This document shows, in pieces, positions 41,607 to 48,950 of a stretch of 64,000 nt of DNA. This DNA comes from Desulfomonilia bacterium (GTDB lineage: Bacteria > Desulfobacterota > Desulfomonilia > UBA1062). The position numbers were made by a program, and so were the translations under genes. The DNA is taken from positions 64,001 through 128,000 of the forward strand of contig JBEKDT010000010.1 in NCBI GenBank assembly GCA_050014195.1, written 5' to 3'. Each line of letters opens with the position of its first letter. The first letter of the stretch is position 1. A model generated the notes under the pieces. That model was not told the DNA's origin, searched no databases, and saw only the letters and a program-made list of their open reading frames with translations.

Positions 41607-43058
41607 CTACGTTTTGGATATCTTCTCCGCACCATAAAAATAACTATATCCTGACTTTATAGAAGCCAATGTTGGCCTCACTATTCTATATTCTAATAAC
41701 TCTTCTTTATTTTCAACTGTAGCCATTATACTAATAGTTTCATTAAGAGCTAATAGATCATCACTAAGAAATCCAATATCATTTTTTCCCTGATCAACTA
41801 TAAATATTCCATGATCTCCAATATTCAATCGTTTATTTACCTTTTCTCTTTTACTTCTTCTCTTATCAGACATAATATAAGAGAATTCTCTTTGATCTTC
41901 TACTCCAACAATATTAGTCAAATAAATATAGTTCTTAAGATTCTCTGGAGAGATTATATGATTATTTTCTAGTGATGAAATAACTTGATTTAATCTATCA
42001 CCTTCTTCGGTTAGAAATTGATCACGTATTGATTTTACTTGAGGGTTCTCAATATTGTTATGTATCAAGTCTATTAGCAAATTTGGCTGCATTTCAATTC
42101 TGCGGTAAAGTATACTGTTTAAATATTGTATCAATAACAATGCAGTAAGTATTTTTGCATCAAAATAGGGGATAGATATAGTTGATGCTAATTCATTGTT
42201 AAAAGTAAGAATATTAATAAATCTCTTAATGTCCCTAGGGTTATCTCCAAGTCCTTTTACTAATAAATCTCTGCAGTGTTTTAATTCTTCAGAAAGCATA
42301 GGATCTATGAAGATTTCCATAGATTGAGGTGCTATAGGTGGTATATTAAAAGGAAGTTGAACAATTTTATCAAGATATTGAGATTCACTTAGATCAATAT
42401 CTTTGTAATGATATTTGATGCTTTTTTCAAGTTCTGGGCGATCAACACCCAAAAAATATACACAGTTAGGTAAATTTAAATATAATTTCAACGATTCTAA
42501 TAGACTTAATATTTGTGGAGGCAAACAACGATCTAAGTCGTCAATAAAAAAAACTAACCTCTTTTTTGGTTCACCCTGAGCTTTATTTATGAGTTTTTCG
42601 AAATGTTTCCTCAACCGAACACGTGCTTCACGTACTTGGAAGCGTTCTTCTTCAAAACGTTTACCTAGATCATCTATATCTTGTGCACTCATAAGGGTGG
42701 TTGCCTTTAATAGAATAGAACTGAAAGCACTAGCAATTACTATAAGTAACTTTTTTTCCTCTTCATCCATGTTAAAAGTGTCAACTACAGTATGGAGTAA
42801 AGCAAGAACAGGATTTTCATCAAATTGATGTTGCCATGGATCAAACCAAACAGACTTAGTACTAGGTGAATTTAATTGCTGTTCGATGAGTTTCATAAGT
42901 GAAGTTTTACCAATTCCCCAACTCCCGTAAAGACCTATTACTATTGGAGTTTCACATTTTTCAGCCATACGTGCAAACGCCTTAGCATACTGGTTTCTAT
43001 TTAGATTATCAGTATTTGTTGCCTCATCATTTCGAATTATTGCTTCAAAAGATTTCAT
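41607..43058 (-). CDS. KAP family P-loop NTPase with PilZ-like C-terminus
   Basis: GLYGSWGIGKTS, WFDPW, VFFIDDLDRC, YLDKIVQLPF, NPRDIKRFIN; tail DKRRSKR. Confidence 0.85.
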   Translation of the reverse strand: MKSFEAIIRNDEATNTDNLNRNQYAKAFARMAEKCETPIVIGLYGSWGIGKTSLMKLIEQQLNSPSTKSVWFDPWQHQFDENPVLALLHTVVDTFNMDEEEKKLLIVIASAFSSILLKATTLMSAQDIDDLGKRFEEERFQVREARVRLRKHFEKLINKAQGEPKKRLVFFIDDLDRCLPPQILSLLESLKLYLNLPNCVYFLGVDRPELEKSIKYHYKDIDLSESQYLDKIVQLPFNIPPIAPQSMEIFIDPMLSEELKHCRDLLVKGLGDNPRDIKRFINILTFNNELASTISIPYFDAKILTALLLIQYLNSILYRRIEMQPNLLIDLIHNNIENPQVKSIRDQFLTEEGDRLNQVISSLENNHIISPENLKNYIYLTNIVGVEDQREFSYIMSDKRRSKREKVNKRLNIGDHGIFIVDQGKNDIGFLSDDLLALNETISIMATVENKEELLEYRIVRPTLASIKSGYSYFYGAEKISKT

Positions 43059-43323
43059 TTATTGAATCCCCTTTTCTCATTACATGGTAATTTATCAATT
43101 ATAACTAACCATTTATAATTCTCCTCGTAACATAAGAACCATCTCGATTTAATGTTTTCTCAGTCATCTTGATTGCATAGATTCAACAGTGGATCACCCG
43201 TCAGTTAGACCATCTTTTACGATCTTCTATCCTACACTATTTACAGAAGAACAATTGCATTATATCTAGATATCAGGTGCAAGGCAATATGCTATTATAA
43301 AACTTAGACAATAACTTTTGTGC

Positions 43324-43431
43324 GAGACTGTTGAAAAACCTCAAAAATCGGTTTTTATATTTTTTAACTGATTGATTTTTCATCACATAAAAATGTCGAA
43401 AACTTATGGTGGGGGCTTTTTCAACAGACTC
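43324..43431. mobile_element. MITE-like IS remnant, 108 bp
   Basis: TIRs GAGACTGTTGAAAAA / TTTTTCAACAGACTC (14/15), flanked by TGC on both sides. Confidence 0.55.
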
Positions 43432-43500
43432 TGCCATTAGATACGTTTGGGATAAAAGTCGACTCATACAGAGGTTTATACCTAAGATCTCTAGTTAATT

Positions 43501-43534
43501 AAAAAAATATAGACGGAGGAATCGAACTCCCGTA
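43501..43534 (-). terminator. Probable intrinsic terminator of the RT gene (T-arm-like loop)
   Basis: Minus strand ACGGGAG-TTCGATTC-CTCCGT followed by T-run. Confidence 0.5.
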
Positions 43535-43598
43535 CTACATGACCTAGCCTAGTTTTACAGGCGCATTACACATCTTTTACACAATTAATTTAATATCA

Positions 43599-44909
43599 TT
43601 AATCTTTTATAATCTTATTTATAATAGGTTTTAATTTAATATCAGATAAAAGATGAACCCCTAATAGTCTTCTCTTGTTTACATTGTCAGTTGAATATTT
43701 ACTGTTTATAAGTTTGTTATAATCTATAATATATTCTCTTAAGAGCTTATCAATTTTATTATCAATATGTTCCAGTAATTGAGTATCATTACAAAAATAA
43801 TATTGGTTACCCCATCCGAATACAATATTATCTACCATACTTAGTGTCTCTGCGAATGACCTTTTATCCTTTAATTTACATTTTATGGGAGTTTTCATGG
43901 ATTCTAAGCTATTATTAAAATTATTTTTAACTTTCTCTATAAGTCTAAAGCATGACTTTCTATCAGGCCTAATTAATCCTTTTAAAACTTCACAGCCAAG
44001 AAATTTTAGACCATTAGCAGTATAACCAAAATCTGATTTAGCTTTATCACTTAAAGGATCATATGCTCTTAAATTTAGTTGTTTTAAAATCTCTTGTGCA
44101 CTCTTAAAAGCGGTAAATACCTTACTTCTTGATTTACCTAAAATTAAAAAATCATCTATGTACCTTAAACATCTTATTCCACGATCATTCATTCTTATGT
44201 CGAACTCGTTAAGAAGAATATTCCCTAAGAGGGGAGATAAACAACAACCTTGGGCTACTCCTATATCAAATATTGGGAATAGGTGCTTATATTTTCCAAG
44301 TATATTTAAATTTGACAATTCCACATCGGTAGCTTTTATAAGTAAGTCATTGAATATTGGATCATCAATTTCATCCTTAATTTTTGATAAAACTATTTCT
44401 CTTGGAATATTTCTGAAAAATTCTTGTATGTCAGAACGGATATAATATTGTGCTCCATTAAGAATTGTTTCATATGTGACTCTTATTGCTTCAGGAACTC
44501 CTTGATCTTCTATACCTCCGAAACTTGAATCATTAATAAAATATTTTTGTATGTTAGAGTCTTCTTGGAGGACATCTAGAATACTTCTTTGTACAATCCT
44601 ATTTTTTACTGAAGCCTTGACTATTGGTCTAAAATTTTGATTTGGTTTTGGTAATAATATTCCATCTGATTTATCGAACTTAAATATCTGATCACGGAGT
44701 TGGCGGGATATCCTAGAAATATGCCGTTCGGAATCATTACTGAAATTTTTTATAATATTTCTGGTTTTTTCTGATTTTGATTTTAAACCGCTCTCCAATA
44801 CTATCTTCCAGGCCTGTCGCAATCTAAGAATACTTCTAACTTTCTTGTTTGAGTTATTAATAATATCTCCTCTTTGCTGAGCCACGTTGGCAAACCCAAT
44901 CTCAGCCAT
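43599..44909 (-). CDS. Reverse transcriptase, group II intron-like (G2L4-like), YIDD active site
   Basis: RPI, RIVQR, SFGG, SDIQEFF, GVAQGCCLSPLLGNILL, RYIDD, FLG, thumb GWGNQY; start uncertain. Confidence 0.88.
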   Translation of the reverse strand: MAEIGFANVAQQRGDIINNSNKKVRSILRLRQAWKIVLESGLKSKSEKTRNIIKNFSNDSERHISRISRQLRDQIFKFDKSDGILLPKPNQNFRPIVKASVKNRIVQRSILDVLQEDSNIQKYFINDSSFGGIEDQGVPEAIRVTYETILNGAQYYIRSDIQEFFRNIPREIVLSKIKDEIDDPIFNDLLIKATDVELSNLNILGKYKHLFPIFDIGVAQGCCLSPLLGNILLNEFDIRMNDRGIRCLRYIDDFLILGKSRSKVFTAFKSAQEILKQLNLRAYDPLSDKAKSDFGYTANGLKFLGCEVLKGLIRPDRKSCFRLIEKVKNNFNNSLESMKTPIKCKLKDKRSFAETLSMVDNIVFGWGNQYYFCNDTQLLEHIDNKIDKLLREYIIDYNKLINSKYSTDNVNKRRLLGVHLLSDIKLKPIINKIIKD

Positions 44910-45062
44910 TTGAAGAGCATGTCATTCTGTGGGGGTTTCAGTGTCTGACCCGACCCAGCCGACAGTATTGTTGTCGGTGCATCTTTGAGCTTGAGCAGCG
45001 CCATAGGATGGCCCATTCAGTAAAGATGCCAGAATGAACGATGGTACACATATAGTGCCCAT
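44862..45062 (-). ncRNA. Putative structured RT-associated leader/ncRNA
   Basis: GC-rich patch in AT-rich DNA with nested stems TCATTCTG/CAGAATGA, GCATCTTT/AAAGATGC, GCCAT/ATGGC, CCGACA/TGTCGG, GCTGAG/CTCAGC. Confidence 0.65.
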
Positions 45063-45096
45063 AAGAACACTATATACTACATATAGTAAAAATCAA
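45043..45096 (-). promoter_or_regulatory. Sigma70-like promoter (TTGATT-N16-TATAGT) overlapped by tandem NrdR-box-like sites
   Basis: -35 at 45096-45091, -10 at 45074-45069; ATACTACATATAGTAA (45074) and GGTACACATATAGTGC (45043), 31 bp apart. Confidence 0.55.
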
Positions 45097-45222
45097 GTTA
45101 AATTATATCGAATAAATTTCATATAATAGAAGCCTAATTTAAATATGGGAAAAATAGACTAAGATTTCAGTGGAATATTAAAATACTAGCGAAGACAGGC
45201 AGGCACCGAAGTCAGAGTCAAG

Positions 45223-45341
45223 GCGGTCACTGGTAGGTTCCCTGGATCTCGATCAGGGCTAAGGCTTTCAGTCCCGGAACGGAGTTTCACGTAGTGCAGG
45301 GCCGAAGCCTCCCTAAGCGAGATAGCGGGGCCAGTGACAGC
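45223..45341. other. GC-rich multi-branched structured element of unknown type
   Basis: Closing stem GTCACTGG/CCAGTGAC enclosing CCCTG/CAGGG, AGGCTT/AAGCCT and CCC/GGG stems. Confidence 0.45.
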
Positions 45342-45345
45342 ATAG

Positions 45346-45630
45346 AAATCGGGGGACACCATACTAGTTTTGTTGTTTCCTGGGTCTGCCGCCCTTGAGA
45401 GAAGCCAACCTTTCAATTACTTATCTTCCAATAAAAACTAGTAATGAACCTGGGATTCAAACCAAATCTGGGGACACCATACTAGTTTTGTTATTTTCTA
45501 GGTCTACAGCACTTGAGGAGGGCTAACCTTTTCAATAACTTATTTCCCAATCTGACAATAATGCATCATTTTCCTATGGTCGTCCAGTAGGTTCATATCT
45601 AAAATAATAGTTTGGTATCTCCGGATTTCC
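45346..45630. repeat. Two ~88-bp direct repeats plus an inverted partial copy (REP-like GGGGACACCATACT motif)
   Basis: Copies at 45346-45432 and 45464-45551; inverted degenerate copy 45601-45630. Confidence 0.75.
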
Positions 45631-45777
45631 ACGATCATTATTTTCTCCTGTTAACTGTAGAGTGGGACGAGAGCAACGAAATCCACCAAGGCATTATAAT
45701 ACATAGGGAAAAAATGAAGGCAGATCTCATCAAATGAAATGACAATGTGTGTAGAGTTCTTTGAAATCAGCAGAGTT

Positions 45778-46089
45778 CTAAATAACCTTCTTGTTGCGAC
45801 TCCCATCACGTTTACGGAAATGATGTTCCGCCCTGTCCAAGGGCGTCCAGATCAGTCACCTGGTATGGATTTGGTTCTCTTTTGAACGGAACAGGTTAGG
45901 AATCGCAGTGAGTTCGCATCCTGGATTTCCCATGAGTCCTCCGATGAGAAACGAAGCACCCAAAATTGCCAGAGCCCCCGTGCCTATAACTGTAAGGGTG
46001 TCCACACCGACAGCCCAGATCAGCACAAAGGTCCCAACCCCAAAAAGCACGCGTGATACTCGTCCGAACAACAACGGTTCAAGCTTCAT
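45778..46089 (-). CDS. Small membrane protein (DUF6410-like), probable selenoprotein with UGA at 45856-45858
   Basis: Two TM helices, PGCELTAIPNL..IHTR-UGA-LIWTPLD; frame stays open to TAG at 45778; SECIS-like hairpin 10 nt after UGA. Confidence 0.65.
45821..45854 (-). promoter_or_regulatory. Bacterial SECIS-like hairpin
   Basis: TGAT-CTGGA-CGCCCT-TGGAC-AGGGCG-GAAC-ATCA immediately 3' of in-frame TGA. Confidence 0.6.
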
Positions 46090-46322
46090 CCTGTTCTCCT
46101 ACCCTTATATAAATGACCAGACTGTGACTTGTCCACCTAATGTGTCTAAAAACTTCATGAACCCGGGATTCATGTCATGAGGATAAGAAATATCAACACT
46201 GCCGCTACAAAGATAACAACCGGACTAAATATCTTTATCAGTATCCTGAGATCATCCATTTACAAAAGCCCCGCCCTTTCAGTTGTTCCGCTGGAGGTAT
46301 CCTGACAGATCCTTTTTTTATC

Positions 46323-47546
46323 TCATGCCTGCTGAAGATGCACAGGGACTTTGATATCATGGAGCAACAGCGCCAGGATGAAGGCGACCCCAAAGAGTAT
46401 GGTAATCGCGGTCATGTTGAAGAGGAACACGATGGGCAGACCGCTTATCTGGCCGCTCAGCATCAAAATCCCGTTTGAGGTAGCCTCCGGTACCGGATGG
46501 GTCTTTTCCACCGCATAGGTCAGCCCGACCGGCATGGCCGAGATGAGGAAGAAACCGAAGACAAAACCGCACAGGCCTAAAAGAACAATCGAGGAGAGAT
46601 ACTGCAGGAAAAGGGAAAGCGGCACCGCCATACCGGCCGCCATGATCAGGAAGATCCTCCTTTTGTGGTACTTGTCGGACAGTGCAGACAGGATTACCGC
46701 CCCGCACATGCCCCCGATCACGATCAGCCCGCCGACTATGCCCGGGGCGAGGGCCGAGTCGATGTCAAGCGGCCGGTTTTTGAATATGTAATCGATCTTG
46801 GTCAGGATGGCATTAAACGCGCCTACGCCAATGAAAAAGAGTCCCAAGAGGAAGAGAAAGTCGCGGTTTCTGAAAAGCGCTTTCAATCCGATGGTCATGG
46901 TGACCTTTTTCTCGGCTGCGATTGCGTTGGGCGGCAGCTTTGGTTTGTCCTTCACCAATACGAGATACAGGATCATGCCGATCAGGGCGGGGATGCCGTA
47001 CAGATACAGGACGGCATCGATCCCCTGCCTGATCGCGCCGATATTCCGGTAATGCGCGAGGATAAAATCGGTGGCGAACATGACGATCGTGAAGCCGATG
47101 AACAGGGACATGGTCAACAATCCCGATGCCAGGGCCTCTTCATTTTCCGGGAACCAGTTCGATGCCAGTTTGGTAAAGGCATTGAGCACGAACGGTTGAG
47201 CGATGGCACATCCGATCATGCAGGCGAGGAGCCAGCCGTAACTTGGTGCGAAGATACGGAGAAAGCCGCACAGGCCCACCAGGACAACGCCGATCCCTGC
47301 CCCCTTCTTCAGCCCGATGTTGTCGATGCACCAGGCGGCGGGGAGGCAGAAGGGGATCCAAGCGAGCATGGCCAGTATGGCAAGCAAATCAATGGCGTCG
47401 ATATTTCCGTGGGTATAGACGGCAGCAGCATCCCTGGCAATAGGAGCGAAGGTCATCCACATGATCTGGGACATGGCTATGTTCAGCATGAAAACTCCCA
47501 ATACGACCCAGCGGTAAGGGGATACGGATGAATGGATATTTTGCAT
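46323..47546 (-). CDS. MFS transporter (FLVCR/SLC49-like), paralog 2
   Basis: Co-linear and highly similar to 31582-32808 (shared AVEKTHPVPEATSNGILMLSGQI). Confidence 0.85.
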   Translation of the reverse strand: MQNIHSSVSPYRWVVLGVFMLNIAMSQIMWMTFAPIARDAAAVYTHGNIDAIDLLAILAMLAWIPFCLPAAWCIDNIGLKKGAGIGVVLVGLCGFLRIFAPSYGWLLACMIGCAIAQPFVLNAFTKLASNWFPENEEALASGLLTMSLFIGFTIVMFATDFILAHYRNIGAIRQGIDAVLYLYGIPALIGMILYLVLVKDKPKLPPNAIAAEKKVTMTIGLKALFRNRDFLFLLGLFFIGVGAFNAILTKIDYIFKNRPLDIDSALAPGIVGGLIVIGGMCGAVILSALSDKYHKRRIFLIMAAGMAVPLSLFLQYLSSIVLLGLCGFVFGFFLISAMPVGLTYAVEKTHPVPEATSNGILMLSGQISGLPIVFLFNMTAITILFGVAFILALLLHDIKVPVHLQQA

Positions 47547-47659
47547 AAAACCTCCTCTTGAAAATAACGGGCGTAAAGCTGCTCCGAATAAGGACGACAG
47601 ATGCTGAGGTCAAAAGCTGCACCAGTGCAAGTAAAACCGAGGCGGCAATAATCAGGCCT

Positions 47660-48070
47660 TTACGCCACGGGTTTTAAGCCTATCAGCACGGCAATAGCAA
47701 CGCCAAAGCCGACACACCAGATGTTGATAAAAGCATTTAATACCAGGTCAAGCTTGGAGGTCATATATATGCCGTTTTGAATATTGAAGCTGAAGTCCAA
47801 CAACCCCAAGAATACCAGTGCGCCGGCCGCTACCAGCGACAGCCTGCTGCCCAATGGATTATGTAACAGAAGCAGTATGCCGGCTATTAGCAGTAGTATG
47901 GCCAGCAATCCATCCGGCAGCGGGAAGGAGTGCTCATAGGCATAATAGCATTGCGGAGGATTTTCCGGCGCAAGGCCTATGGTAAAAAAGCCTATCCAGA
48001 ACAGTATGATCCCGATGCCTGTCAGCAGCTCAAGTACGGCAATTGTTTTCAGTCCTTCTATTTCAATCAT
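47660..48070 (-). CDS. Hypothetical 4-TM membrane protein
   Basis: Hydrophobic helices, YYAYEHSFPLPD motif. Confidence 0.7.
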   Translation of the reverse strand: MIEIEGLKTIAVLELLTGIGIILFWIGFFTIGLAPENPPQCYYAYEHSFPLPDGLLAILLLIAGILLLLHNPLGSRLSLVAAGALVFLGLLDFSFNIQNGIYMTSKLDLVLNAFINIWCVGFGVAIAVLIGLKPVA

Positions 48071-48121
48071 TTCAGCACCTCTTCAGCATGATTGTTTTGT
48101 TTAAAAAGTCATACATCGCCC

Positions 48122-48937
48122 CTACCTTTTCTGCGTTTTATTTATGGACGAGTCCATGACCATATCAATTATAAAAGGCATATGCCTCTTCAAGAAATAG
48201 GTGAGCTTACCGTCAAATCCCGGAATTATCATGAAGGTTTTTTTCCTGATGCCGTCAATAAGCTCTTTTGCAACCGCATCGCTGCTCATGACCTTGGCGC
48301 TTGCAGAGATGGCCTTGGTTTCTGCAGGCTTTGTGAGGTTTTCAGTGGCAAAGCCCGGTGTATCGGTATCGGGCGGGCAAAGCACCTGAACGAAGATGTT
48401 GTATTTTTTCAGCTCGCTCTTGAGGCTTTCCGAAAATCCCACGATGGCGAATTTCGAAGCCGCATAATCGCAGTAACCGAAAACACCCAGAAAGCCCACC
48501 ATAGAAGAAACATTGACGATCACGCCGCCTTTAACCTTCATGTGCGGTACAAGAACCGAACAGGTATTCCATATGCCGTAGAGGTTTGTCTTCATGGTGT
48601 CATCGAACTGCTGGTAGGTGATATCCATAAAATATCGCGGATAGGCCCTGCCCGCACAGTTAATCAACACATCAGGTACCCCGAATTCGGCCAGTGCCGA
48701 TGAAAGCACGGTTTCGACGCTGTCCCTTTTAGAGACATCCATGGATCTGCCGGCAAACTTCTGTTCCGCGTTTGCGCCGCAGGACTGTATTTGCTTTAAG
48801 GCTTCATCCAGAACCTGCTGCCGCCTGCTGAAGATAATTACACCGGCTCCCCTGGTCGCCATTAATTTCGCGGTCGCCAAGCCGATACCGGATGAACCAC
48901 CGGTTATGTAAACTAATTTGTCCTTGAAATCTTTCAT
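48122..48937 (-). CDS. SDR oxidoreductase, 3-ketodihydrosphingosine reductase-like
   Basis: TGGSSGIG, NCAG, YAASK, PPDTDTPGFATENLTKP.ET motif. Confidence 0.8.
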   Translation of the reverse strand: MKDFKDKLVYITGGSSGIGLATAKLMATRGAGVIIFSRRQQVLDEALKQIQSCGANAEQKFAGRSMDVSKRDSVETVLSSALAEFGVPDVLINCAGRAYPRYFMDITYQQFDDTMKTNLYGIWNTCSVLVPHMKVKGGVIVNVSSMVGFLGVFGYCDYAASKFAIVGFSESLKSELKKYNIFVQVLCPPDTDTPGFATENLTKPAETKAISASAKVMSSDAVAKELIDGIRKKTFMIIPGFDGKLTYFLKRHMPFIIDMVMDSSINKTQKR

Positions 48938-48950
48938 TTCCTTCTCCCCC

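Noticed and set aside
44801-45016. 71-aa ORF over the RT leader
   Set aside because: No SD or recognisable motif; overlaps the RT out of frame; better explained by the structured RNA
43599-45062. RT as retron, DGR or group II intron
   Set aside because: No NAxxH/VTG motifs or long a1/a2 repeat, no TR/VR pair or avd gene, no domain V/VI after the stop
45346-45551. CRISPR array
   Set aside because: Only two long diverged units, no unique spacers of regular size, no cas genes
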